DNA from: a virus
Lineage: Duplodnaviria > Caudoviricetes
Virus record (IMG/VR): IMGVR_UViG_3300037692_000224
Span: 1-36,898 of that record
Strand: one strand, 5' to 3'
Length of the DNA: 36,898 nucleotides
A program made the position numbers and the translations under genes. The notes beneath the pieces are model-generated. The model made no database searches. It was not told where the DNA came from and saw only the letters and a program-made list of their open reading frames with translations. Of this stretch, positions 17,358-25,877 are shown in pieces; the stretch's first letter is position 1, and every line of letters begins with the position of its first letter.

Positions 17358-18857
17358 ATGACGGAAACAGCACAGCTAACAAAAAAGAACGCGCCGCCGA
17401 TAGCCGATGAAATAGCGGTAATAACCAAAGACATCGATATTACGGCGGGTTTCTTTCTCGATAACCCGGACAGCACCATCCTTACCGAATCAAAAGGCAA
17501 AGGGTTGAAGCTGTATGACGAGGTGGACCGTGACGCACATTCCGGCTCGGTGTTACAGACCAGATATCTGTCGGTTGCCGGGGAAAAATGGGAAGTCAAC
17601 CCCGGTGCCGATGATGCCAAATCGCGGGAGATTGCCGACTTTGTGACCCAGTCGCTTAAGGACTGCAATCTGCTCCAGGCGGTCCAGGAGCTGCTGCAGG
17701 GCATCCTGTACGGATATTTCATCGGCGAGATCATGTGGGAAGAACGGGACAAGACTATTGTTCCGGCTAAGATCCTGGCCAAGCATCCCAGGCGCTTCGG
17801 CTTTAGTAAAGAGCGGGAACTTCGCATGTTGACCAAGGCCCAGCCTAAAGAAGGCGAGGCGGTACCGGAGCGCAAGTTCATTGTGTTCAGCTACGGCTCA
17901 AGCGACAACCCCTACGGCAAGGCCCTTGGTCAGCGTTTATGGTGGCCGGTCTGGTTTAAAAAACAAGGAATCCGCTTCTGGCTCATCTTCCTGGAGAAAT
18001 TCGGCATGCCTACCGCCGTCGGCAAGTATCCCTCCGGGGCCAAGGCTGAAGACAAGAAAACCTTGAAAGAGGCTGTGGCTGCTATTCATTCCGAAACCGG
18101 CATCATCGTGCCTGATAGCATGGTGGTTGAGCTGATGGAGGCGTCACGGGGCGGCACGGTTACCTATGAATCACTCTGCGACTATATGGACCGGCAGATC
18201 AGCAAGGCGGTACTTGGCCAGACGCTGACCACTGAAGTATCCGGCCGCGGCTCCTATGCAGCATCCCAGACCCACGACGACGTGCGGCAGGATATAAAGG
18301 TCGCCGATGCCGGGATGATGGCGGAGTGCCTGAACAACACCCTTATCAAGTGGCTGGTTGACTATAACTATGCCGGGGTGACCGAATACCCGAGGATGGT
18401 TTACATCACCCAGAAAGAGTCGGTTTTAAAAGAACTGGCCGAGCGTGACGAGATCTTGACAACCAGGATCGGGGTCCAGGTTGCTGCTAACTATTGGTAC
18501 GACACCTACAACCTGCCGGTGCCTGAAGGCGGTCCCGCTGTTATTCCTCCGGCTACCGGCTATTCGTTGCCTGAATTTGCCGAAGAGGGAAAGGGCGGGT
18601 TTAGAACCCGTCCCTATGGGGAACATCAGAGAGCCCTGGATGAACTTGGTGCCGCTTCGGCTGCTGCCGATCCCCTGGCTGCAAATGAATCACAGCTGGT
18701 GGAAATCGTGCGCACTGCAAGCAGCTACGAAGAGGCCATGGATGGACTGCTGGCCTTTTATCCTCAGCTGGATGTGAGCAACCTGCAGGCCGGTTTGGAT
18801 AACGCTTTACTTAATGGAACGCTGCTCGGGCGCAGGATGGTGCAGGATGGTAATTGA
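17358..18857 (+). CDS. Portal protein (Mu gp29/DUF935-like)
   Basis: NPYGKAL, FLEKFGMP, ISKAVLGQTLTT and GSYAASQTH motifs. Confidence 0.93.
   Translation: MTETAQLTKKNAPPIADEIAVITKDIDITAGFFLDNPDSTILTESKGKGLKLYDEVDRDAHSGSVLQTRYLSVAGEKWEVNPGADDAKSREIADFVTQSLKDCNLLQAVQELLQGILYGYFIGEIMWEERDKTIVPAKILAKHPRRFGFSKERELRMLTKAQPKEGEAVPERKFIVFSYGSSDNPYGKALGQRLWWPVWFKKQGIRFWLIFLEKFGMPTAVGKYPSGAKAEDKKTLKEAVAAIHSETGIIVPDSMVVELMEASRGGTVTYESLCDYMDRQISKAVLGQTLTTEVSGRGSYAASQTHDDVRQDIKVADAGMMAECLNNTLIKWLVDYNYAGVTEYPRMVYITQKESVLKELAERDEILTTRIGVQVAANYWYDTYNLPVPEGGPAVIPPATGYSLPEFAEEGKGGFRTRPYGEHQRALDELGAASAAADPLAANESQLVEIVRTASSYEEAMDGLLAFYPQLDVSNLQAGLDNALLNGTLLGRRMVQDGN
18592..18617 (-). repeat. REP-like palindrome inside the portal ORF, copy 2
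   Basis: AGGGCGGGTTTAGAACCCGTCCCTAT is nearly identical to 22865-22891 and is read in frame as KGGFRTRPY. Confidence 0.7.
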
Positions 18858-19623
18858 CCAGGACTTCGCACTGCCCATGAGGGGTGCCCAGGCTTTCTGG
18901 CGGGACAAGGTCCAGATGGGACCCGGCGAGTTCAAAGCCGTAGCCGAGGAGGTCAAGACCCGTGCCTTTGCCGTCTCGGGCATTGCCAAGGGCGACGAGC
19001 TGAACACGGTCTTTCAGGCTCTGCAGAGAGCTATCGATAACGGCACCACGTTTAAAGACTTCCAGACCGACTGTGAAGAGACTTTCGCCCGGCGCGGCTG
19101 GAACGGCAAGAACCCGTGGCGGGTGGCCAATATCTTCCAGACCAATACACAGACCGCCTACAACGTTGGCCGTTACGACCAGCTGCAGGCCGAAAAGGAT
19201 ATCCTGCCCTACTGGATGTATGACGCCATCAACGACGGTGTGGTCAGGCCGACGCATCGGGATATGGACGGCAGAGTCTACCCGGTCGATCATCATATCT
19301 GGAACAGCTGGTATCCACCCAACGGCTACGGCTGAAGATGCTCGGTGTCAGGTCTGACACGGGAGCAGGTAAAAGACCGGGAGGTGGAGATTGCCATAGA
19401 TAACCCGGACAGCGGAGAGACCGAGCTGGTTAATACCAGCACAGGTGCCGTACGACAGGCGGGGTCAATCAGCCCGGATGTAGGCTTTGAGAATAATCCG
19501 GGCAAAGACTGGTGGCGGCAGACGGACAAGATCATCCGGGACAGGTTGAAAAGTTACCCGCCCGAACTGGCCCGTTTAGTCGAAGCGGAGCTCATGGAAC
19601 TGATAAAGGGGAAAACGTCTTAA
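18847..19623 (+). CDS. Head morphogenesis protein (Mu gpF/SPP1 gp7 family) with in-frame TGA at 19333-19335, candidate selenoprotein (258 aa)
   Basis: ORFs 18814..19335 and 19345..19623 share one frame. Read-through gives YPPNGYG-(TGA)-RCSV, matching the family motif PPNGxxCRC; also IFQTN...AYNVGR and D..VRPTH. A SECIS-like hairpin follows. Confidence 0.85.
19339..19367 (+). promoter_or_regulatory. Putative bacterial SECIS element
   Basis: TGCTC-g-GTGTCA-GGTC-TGACAC-gg-GAGCA starting 3 nt after the TGA; the apical CAGGTCTG equals the apex of the E. coli fdhF SECIS (GGTTGCAGGTCTGCACC). Confidence 0.7.
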
Positions 19624-19727
19624 AATGACCGCCACGCGATTTTTTAACACTTTAGCGCTTGGTGACACGGGCAACATGCCGTGCGTCAAGCACAGAAGAA
19701 TTTAAACATAGTTTAAACGTACATTCA

Positions 19728-20294
19728 ATGTTCAGCGCAGGAATAAAAATCGATGACCGGGAATTGCAAACGGTTCTGACCAGGATTGTCCAGCGAGGGA
19801 CAAACAAGGGCAACGGCCTGAGAACTATCGGCGCAATCGCCCGGGAATCCATCCGCTATAACTTCCGGGCGGGAGGCAGGCCGAACAAATGGCAGGCGTC
19901 CAAACGGGTGGAAGGCAAGCGCGGCCAAACGCTGAGAAAGAGCGGCAGGCTGATGAATTCCATCAGCTCAACCCTGGCCGGTGACCGGGTGATTGTCGGC
20001 ACTAATGTTATTTATGCCGCCGTGCACAATTACGGAGCCAAGAAGGCCAGCTTCGGGACTGTGGTGGCAAGGGTTCCTGCCCATACTAGGAAAAACGCTG
20101 CCGCGAACATGACCAGCGGCAGAAAGAAGACGGCCAGCGGAGTGAGCTTTGTGCGGGCGCATACCAGGAAGATGTCTCTGCCCTGGGGTGATATCCCTGC
20201 CAGGCCGTTCATGCTGCTGCAGCAGGAAGATATCGTGTCGATAGAATCGGCGATAGCAAATCATATGATAGGAGGCGTAAATGCCAAAATTTAA
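19728..20294 (+). CDS. Virion morphogenesis protein (Mu gpG / tail completion S family)
   Basis: LRKSGRLMNSI, VGTNVIYAAVHNYG and IPARPFM motifs. Confidence 0.9.
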   Translation: MFSAGIKIDDRELQTVLTRIVQRGTNKGNGLRTIGAIARESIRYNFRAGGRPNKWQASKRVEGKRGQTLRKSGRLMNSISSTLAGDRVIVGTNVIYAAVHNYGAKKASFGTVVARVPAHTRKNAAANMTSGRKKTASGVSFVRAHTRKMSLPWGDIPARPFMLLQQEDIVSIESAIANHMIGGVNAKI

Positions 20295-21396
20295 GGGCTT
20301 TGAGGATTTTATAGAGATTTTCCGGGGTGGCAAACAGATTGATTCCTCCGGGGCGGAGCATGACGGCGACGCCATGATCGACAAGGCGGTTGCGGCCTTC
20401 TCAGTCAACAAACACGAACCACCCCTGGTGGTTGGACATCCGAAAGACAACGGCCCCGCTTACGGCTGGACTGAAGCCTTGAAGAGCGCGGTGCAGCTGG
20501 ACGGCACCAAGATACTGCTTGCCAAGTTCAAGGATGTCATGCCGGAATTTGAAGAGCTGGTCAGGGCCGGACGTTACAAGAAACGCTCAGCAGCTTTCTA
20601 TCCCGACGGCAGTCTGCGCCATGTCGGCTTTCTGGGAGCGGTACCGCCTGCGGTCAAGGGCTTGGCTGACCTGCAGTTTGACGAAGGGGAGCCGGTATCC
20701 TTTGAGTTTGCCGATTACCGGGCGGGTGTGGTTGCCCGGCTGTTCGGGCGGCTGCGGGAATATCTGATCGAGGAAAAGGGGGTTGAGGCTGCAGACAGGA
20801 TTGTACCTGACTGGGATGTCGATACCTTAAAAGAGGAGGCACTCCGGGATACTGCGGAGGTCTCTTTATACAGCGAAAAAAAAGAAAGGGAGGTCGATGT
20901 GCCTGGACAAGGACAAGCAACAACATTTACCGAGGCAGACATTGAAGCTGCCCGAGAAAAGGCCAAGGAAGAGGGGCGCAAGGCGGCGGTTGCCGAATTT
21001 GCCGAAGCTCAGCGTCAAGAAAAAGATACCGCGACAAAAGCCGCTATCGCCGCTTTTTGTCAAAAGCCGGTGAGTGCAGGCGGACCCCTTCCGGCCTGGC
21101 TTGATGGCGGGCTGAAAGAGTTTATGGAAGGACTGGACAGTGAGGCCACGATTGAATTTATGGAAAAAGGACAACCCGTAAAAAGAAGCAATGTTGACTG
21201 GTTCACCGGCTTTTTAAGCGAACTACCCGAGACGGTGAATTTCAATGAACACGCCAAGGTTGATGAAGATGTGGTCAAGGACGGCGATTACAACGATATT
21301 GCCAGGCGAGCGACCGAGTTCAGGGATGCCGAGGCAGCAGCCGGAAGAAGTATCAGCTTCACCCAGGCCGTGGGCCAGGTAATAAAAGGCAAATAA
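20281..21396 (+). CDS. Prohead protease/scaffold (Mu gpI-like)
   Basis: PLVVGHP...PAYGW, YKKRSA and LRHVGFLGAVPPAVKGL protease motifs followed by an acidic helical C-terminal part. Confidence 0.88.
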   Translation: MPKFKGFEDFIEIFRGGKQIDSSGAEHDGDAMIDKAVAAFSVNKHEPPLVVGHPKDNGPAYGWTEALKSAVQLDGTKILLAKFKDVMPEFEELVRAGRYKKRSAAFYPDGSLRHVGFLGAVPPAVKGLADLQFDEGEPVSFEFADYRAGVVARLFGRLREYLIEEKGVEAADRIVPDWDVDTLKEEALRDTAEVSLYSEKKEREVDVPGQGQATTFTEADIEAAREKAKEEGRKAAVAEFAEAQRQEKDTATKAAIAAFCQKPVSAGGPLPAWLDGGLKEFMEGLDSEATIEFMEKGQPVKRSNVDWFTGFLSELPETVNFNEHAKVDEDVVKDGDYNDIARRATEFRDAEAAAGRSISFTQAVGQVIKGK

Positions 21397-21405
21397 AAAA
21401 GAACC

Positions 21406-21469
21406 GTAAGGGCTGGCTCTAACCCGCCCATCGACAAACGTAAGTAGGGGCGGGTTCCAAACCCGCCCT
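21406..21469 (+). repeat. Two tandem REP-like palindromes, copies 3-4
   Basis: GTAAGGGCTGGCTCTAACCCGCCC (degenerate, 21406-21429) and GTAGGGGCGGGTTCCAAACCCGCCCT (21444-21469). Confidence 0.72.
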
Positions 21470-21496
21470 ATAACAAACAGACAAAGAGAGGTCCAT

Positions 21497-21850
21497 ATGA
21501 AACCCAAATTAACAGAAAACTTTATAGCAGGCGCGGCGATTGCTCCATACCGCATCTGCAAACCAGGTGCCGCCGATGGTACCGCCATTCAAGCTGCAGC
21601 CGTCGGTGATTTTGCCTTCGGGGTGTCCGACTCCCTGGGTGCCGCCATCAATGCCCGTGTCGATATCAAGACCATGGGCCTGGTCGAGGTCGAGTATGGC
21701 GCAGTTGTAGTGCGCGGTGCACTGCTGACCAGTGATGCCGCCGGAAAGGCAGTTACGGCGGTGGCGACCAATAGAACTATCGGTATTGCCAGGGTCTCGG
21801 GCGTTGCCGGTGATATTGGCCAGGCTCTGCTCGCCCAGGGCACAGTTTAA
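21497..21850 (+). CDS. Capsid decoration/cement protein (DUF2190-like)
   Basis: 117 aa Ala/Gly/Val-rich protein with LTSDAAGKAV and IGIA...GDI motifs, between protease and capsid genes. Confidence 0.78.
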   Translation: MKPKLTENFIAGAAIAPYRICKPGAADGTAIQAAAVGDFAFGVSDSLGAAINARVDIKTMGLVEVEYGAVVVRGALLTSDAAGKAVTAVATNRTIGIARVSGVAGDIGQALLAQGTV

Positions 21851-21863
21851 TAAACGGACAGTA

Positions 21864-21892
21864 TAAGGGGCGGGTCCCAGACCCGCCCCTTA
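21864..21892. repeat. REP-like palindrome, copy 5
   Basis: TAAGGGGCGGGTC-cca-GACCCGCCCCTTA upstream of the major capsid gene. Confidence 0.7.
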
Positions 21893-21931
21893 ACCAGACC
21901 AAATTGATTCAATCATCAACAGGAGAATAAA

Positions 21932-22858
21932 ATGCCAGCACCTTTTCCAATTAATCCGGCCTTGATGGCCATTGTTATTGCTTATCGCAATATAAATATG
22001 ATCGCCGACGAGGTACTGCCCAAGGTTCCGGTCGGAAAGCAGGAATTCAAGTGGATGGAACATACCATGGCTGAGGGCTTTACCGTGCCTGATACCAAGG
22101 TTGGCCGGAAATCTCAACCCAACCAGGTGTCGTTCTCAGCTGTCGAGAAGACAGGTTCCACCGAGGACTTCGGTCTTGATGACGCTATCCCGCAAGCCGA
22201 TATCGACAACGCTCCGGAAAATTACGATCCGATTGGCCGATCATCAGAGGGCATCATTAACCTCGTTGAACTTGATCGTGAAGTCCGGGTTGCCTCAACC
22301 GTTTTTAATGCAGCCACCTACGGAGCCAACAACAAGGTGGCCCTGGTCGGCCAGGATCAATTCTCGGATTATGTCAATTCGGATCCTATCTCGGTTATCA
22401 CCGGGGCGCTTGATGCCATGATCATGCGCGGTAATATCCTGACCATCGGTCGAGCTGTTTTCAGCAAGCTTGCCACTCATCCGCAGATTTTAAAAGCGGT
22501 CCACGGCAATTCAGGCGATGCCGGAATTGCTACCAGACGACAGATCGCCGAGCTGTTCGAGTTGGAAGATATCCTGGTTGGTACCGCCCGTGTGAATACC
22601 GCCAGAAAGGGACAGGCCATGTCTCTTGCCCGGACCTGGGGCAATCACCTGGCATTGATTTATCGAGATAAGACCGCCGATACCCGAAGCGGGGTAACCT
22701 TCGGGGTGACCGCCCAATTCGGCACCCGTATCGCCGGACAGTGGGAGGATAAGAACATCGGGCTGCGGGGCGGTACCATGGTTCGTGCCGGTGAATCGGT
22801 TAAAGAGGTGATCTGCGCCCCTGACCTTGGCTATTTTATTGAAAACGCCATCGCCTAA
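21932..22858 (+). CDS. Major capsid protein
   Basis: 308 aa, strong SD AGGAG, expected position; IAYRN..IADEVLP.VPV, LDREVRVA and APDLGYFIENA resemble phage capsid E-like proteins. Confidence 0.85.
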   Translation: MPAPFPINPALMAIVIAYRNINMIADEVLPKVPVGKQEFKWMEHTMAEGFTVPDTKVGRKSQPNQVSFSAVEKTGSTEDFGLDDAIPQADIDNAPENYDPIGRSSEGIINLVELDREVRVASTVFNAATYGANNKVALVGQDQFSDYVNSDPISVITGALDAMIMRGNILTIGRAVFSKLATHPQILKAVHGNSGDAGIATRRQIAELFELEDILVGTARVNTARKGQAMSLARTWGNHLALIYRDKTADTRSGVTFGVTAQFGTRIAGQWEDKNIGLRGGTMVRAGESVKEVICAPDLGYFIENAIA

Positions 22859-22864
22859 GTAACA

Positions 22865-22942
22865 AGGGGCGGGTTTAGAACCCGCCCCTACACAAAGCCC
22901 TGATGTTATTTTGTTCGTAGGGGTGGGTTCTAAACCCGCCCT
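22865..22942. repeat. Inverted pair of REP-like palindromes, copies 6-7
   Basis: AGGGGCGGGTTTAGAACCCGCCCCTAC (22865-22891) and GTAGGGGTGGGTTCTAAACCCGCCCT (22917-22942) right after the capsid stop. Confidence 0.75.
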
Positions 22943-22969
22943 CTTTCTAAAAAGACAAGGAGGCACAAA

Positions 22970-23158
22970 ATGCCCGAGAATAAAGAAGAGACAAAAGAAT
23001 ATATCGTCGTCTCGCCGATCCTCTACAAGAAAAAGCGGTACGAGGTTGACTCTCCGGTGACTATGGAGACCATGCTGGCAGAGCCGCTGGTCAAAACGGG
23101 AGTGTTAAAGGCAGCAGCTCAGGCCGAGGAAAAACCGGCAGCTAAAAAAGGTAAATAA
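22970..23158 (+). CDS. Small head-associated hypothetical protein
   Basis: SD AGGAGG; 62 aa ORF between capsid and gp36-like genes. Confidence 0.7.
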   Translation: MPENKEETKEYIVVSPILYKKKRYEVDSPVTMETMLAEPLVKTGVLKAAAQAEEKPAAKKGK

Positions 23159-23160
23159 TC

Positions 23161-23580
23161 ATGCCCTACGCCACCCTGGACGATCTTAAAAAAATCCTCA
23201 ACGAAGCGGTGTTGATCGATCTGACCGATGATGCCGGGGCTGGCGTCATCGATAGCGCCGTGGTCGATAACAGTCTTGAGGCTGCAGACGTGGAGATCGA
23301 CGCCTATCTCGGCGAACGGTACAGCCTGCCGCTGAGCCCGGCACCGGCTATCGTTGCCAAGCTGGCCGGTGATCTGGCCGTCTTTAACCTCTACTCACGC
23401 AGGGAAGGCCCGCCGGATCACTGGCAGGCCAGGTATAACAATGTGATTAAGATGCTGGCCAAGATCCAGGCCGGAGATATTGGCCTTGGTATCGGAGATC
23501 CTGCGGCAACGGCAAGCGACGGGGCCGAGATCGTCAGTGAAGACAGGATCTTTACCAGAGACACTTTAAAGAACTTTTAA
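23161..23580 (+). CDS. Head-tail adaptor (Mu gp36/DUF1320-like)
   Basis: MPYATLDDL, EIDAYLGERYSLPL and RIFTRDTLKNF motifs. Confidence 0.9.
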   Translation: MPYATLDDLKKILNEAVLIDLTDDAGAGVIDSAVVDNSLEAADVEIDAYLGERYSLPLSPAPAIVAKLAGDLAVFNLYSRREGPPDHWQARYNNVIKMLAKIQAGDIGLGIGDPAATASDGAEIVSEDRIFTRDTLKNF

Positions 23581-23585
23581 AGGCC

Positions 23586-24017
23586 ATGAAAACCCTATTA
23601 ATGAACTGTAAAACCCGGCTGCGAACGGAAATAAGTTATATCCGGCCAGCCGATATTTATATCACCGAGGATATCCGCCTGATTCGCAGTTCCGGCAGTT
23701 ACCCGGCCATCGGCATTAAAGACGGCGGCGTACAGTTTGCGGCTCTTGCCGGGGATCAGGATGAAGACACCCTGACGGTGACCCTGGCGGTTTATGTCTC
23801 CCTGCAGAAACAGGAAGCCATGCTGATCGGTGCAGCCGGTCAGAAAGGCGTCCTTGATGTTGCGGAGGATATCCTGGCCTTACTGAAAGATTATACCTTT
23901 TCCGGCAGCTATGACACTGCCCTGCCGCTTTCCCAGGGAGAGTCTGAAATCCTGATTGAAGGCGGACATGCTATCATGCTGGTTCCGGTAATTATGCAGT
24001 TTACCCGTTTTACCTAA
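23586..24017 (+). CDS. Putative tail terminator protein
   Basis: Position between adaptor and tail tube, 143 aa, YPAIGI motif. Confidence 0.6.
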   Translation: MKTLLMNCKTRLRTEISYIRPADIYITEDIRLIRSSGSYPAIGIKDGGVQFAALAGDQDEDTLTVTLAVYVSLQKQEAMLIGAAGQKGVLDVAEDILALLKDYTFSGSYDTALPLSQGESEILIEGGHAIMLVPVIMQFTRFT

Positions 24018-24043
24018 GTTTCCTAAGTGGAGGATTTGCAGCA

Positions 24044-25090
24044 ATGACAAAAGAAATTACAGGTCGGCAATTTGTCGCAGCCTTTAAAAAAGCGACAGCC
24101 TGGCATACCCCGGTTGCCTGCGGAGCCGGTGACGGTCTGCTTATTACCTCGGATGGTATCAAGGCGACTATCGGCATGGAGAAAGACGACAGCGCCGGGC
24201 AACCCTGGGTCACGGATATCGATCTTGGCGAGATGTCAACGGTCGGTTCTCTTGACGGCTATATGCGCTATGAGGGTATGGATGTGCTGCTGGCCTCGGT
24301 TATGGGCATTGCCGCCGTGCCTGCCCTGGTGATCGGCAGCGAGGCCTACGGCAACACCTATGATATGAAGCCTGAAATCATCGGTGTGTTCGGCACCCTG
24401 GCAGAGCAAAAGCTGACGGATGTGGTCTGGGAATACCCTTCGGTAAAGGTCCACGGCTTTAAGCTGGCAAGCGAGATGAACAAACCCTGTACCATCGGCT
24501 TTGAAATGATCTGCGACAAGCTGGTCCGTGACAGCGCCACCAATACCGTCGGCACCCTGGCAACGGTCGCCCCGCTCAAGGGCCACCGGCTCATCATGAA
24601 TAAAGATACCGTCTTTAGGATCAACGATCAGGACGGCGCGGCGCTGGGCGCAGGTGACGTTGTTAATCCGTCAAGTTTCGAATTGACCGTAACCAGGCCG
24701 ATGGATTCCGAATCGGTAGCCGGGCAGGATGGCGTCACCGAACCTGATGATAATGGCTTTCCTGTGGTTTCCCTCACGTTGAAGTTCCCCCGCTACAATG
24801 AAGCCAACAACGCTTTTTTCTCAGGCTGGGCGGCTGGAACCCCGAAAAAGATGGATATCACCTTCACCGGCAAGCTGATCAGTGACGGCGAATATTATAC
24901 CTTCCGGTTGATCTTGCCGCATCTGCGGATCGCGGACCCCGAGGCTCCACTCTCCGGCCCCGGAAAGATACCCTTTACCATGAAACTTGATTGTGTGGGC
25001 GCTGCAGCTGCTCCCCTTGGCATGACGGCTCTCACCGCTCCCCTGCGTATCGAGGTTGTCAATAAACGCACTACCAACCCGCTGGCCTAA
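24044..25090 (+). CDS. Major tail tube protein
   Basis: 348 aa beta-rich protein with SD GGAGG, upstream of chaperones and tape measure. Confidence 0.75.
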   Translation: MTKEITGRQFVAAFKKATAWHTPVACGAGDGLLITSDGIKATIGMEKDDSAGQPWVTDIDLGEMSTVGSLDGYMRYEGMDVLLASVMGIAAVPALVIGSEAYGNTYDMKPEIIGVFGTLAEQKLTDVVWEYPSVKVHGFKLASEMNKPCTIGFEMICDKLVRDSATNTVGTLATVAPLKGHRLIMNKDTVFRINDQDGAALGAGDVVNPSSFELTVTRPMDSESVAGQDGVTEPDDNGFPVVSLTLKFPRYNEANNAFFSGWAAGTPKKMDITFTGKLISDGEYYTFRLILPHLRIADPEAPLSGPGKIPFTMKLDCVGAAAAPLGMTALTAPLRIEVVNKRTTNPLA

Positions 25091-25104
25091 AGGCTTTGAC
25101 TGAA

Positions 25105-25554
25105 ATGGATAAATTGAATCTTGCCGAACTGATCGACACACGGGAGGAACAGCCGCCGATCTGGGTGGCTTACCCCGGATCATCGATTTTCAAAGTGCTG
25201 ATCCGGCCAATCGGCGGCAAACAGCAGGAATTTATCGAGGCTGCAACTGAGCCGCAATGGGACCTGACCGTCATGAAAAAACGGCAGGTACTCAATTCGG
25301 AAAAATATCTGGAGCTATTCGGCAACTATGTGGTGGCCGATTGGCAGGGTCTGACTGTGGCGGATATCCGGCGGCTGGTTCTGATTAAGGACTGGAAGAA
25401 GATCAAGGGATTTAGGGGTGAAATAGCCTTTGACAAGGCATCCAGGCAGCTTCTTCTTACCTGGGCTCCCGGCTTTACCGCCTGGCTGAACAGGGTCACC
25501 TTTGATATTGAGCGCTTCAACCAGGAGCGGGAGCTTGAGGCCGAAAAAAAGTAA
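25105..25554 (+). CDS. Tail assembly chaperone (gpG-like)
   Basis: Between tube and tape measure genes; ends in slippery GAA AAA AAG TAA. Confidence 0.75.
   Translation: MDKLNLAELIDTREEQPPIWVAYPGSSIFKVLIRPIGGKQQEFIEAATEPQWDLTVMKKRQVLNSEKYLELFGNYVVADWQGLTVADIRRLVLIKDWKKIKGFRGEIAFDKASRQLLLTWAPGFTAWLNRVTFDIERFNQERELEAEKK
25545..25551 (+). other. Programmed -1 frameshift site A AAA AAG
   Basis: X XXY YYZ heptamer in the correct phase; a -1 slip reads AAA GTA ATG GCG into ORF 25554..25877. Confidence 0.75.
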
Positions 25555-25877
25555 TGGCGGCGGTGCAGTTATCGCTGGACTATCCGGCGATTAACTGCAG
25601 GCAATGCCGCCAAAACTTGGAAGAAGACGAGATTGAGCCTGATTGTAAATCCTGCCCGGTAAGTAAATGGGATGGCTTAACCATCCAGCTGCTGGCTCTT
25701 CATGACCGTGTCTGCCCCTGGGGAGATATGGTTCTGTCCGCCGTAGCCCAGGCGATGGATGATTTGGAAATAAAGCCTTCTGATCGTCGTTTAGCCAGGC
25801 GATGCCTGGTCAGTATCCACCGAACCATGAAACATCACCAGAAACAACAGAGCGCGGGAAACCATGCCGACAACTAA
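25554..25877 (+). CDS. Tail chaperone gpT-like segment (frameshift extension)
   Basis: In the -1 frame relative to the upstream chaperone; has CRQC...CKSC; precedes the tape measure gene. Confidence 0.7.
   Translation: MAAVQLSLDYPAINCRQCRQNLEEDEIEPDCKSCPVSKWDGLTIQLLALHDRVCPWGDMVLSAVAQAMDDLEIKPSDRRLARRCLVSIHRTMKHHQKQQSAGNHADN

Noticed and set aside
19349-19357. CAGGTCTGA as an internal transposase-binding site
   Set aside because: It matches only the first 7 nt of the end motif CAGGTCTCAAATC and lacks the AAATC half.
18847-19623. gpF as a pseudogene or as two separate genes
   Set aside because: Not preferred, because the stop sits exactly on a conserved Cys and is followed by a SECIS-like hairpin, and the downstream GTG lacks an SD. 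A nonsense mutation remains formally possible.
13577-22942. Repeats as a CRISPR array or simple intrinsic terminators
   Set aside because: They are dispersed without regular spacers, no cas genes are present, and most lack U-tracts.
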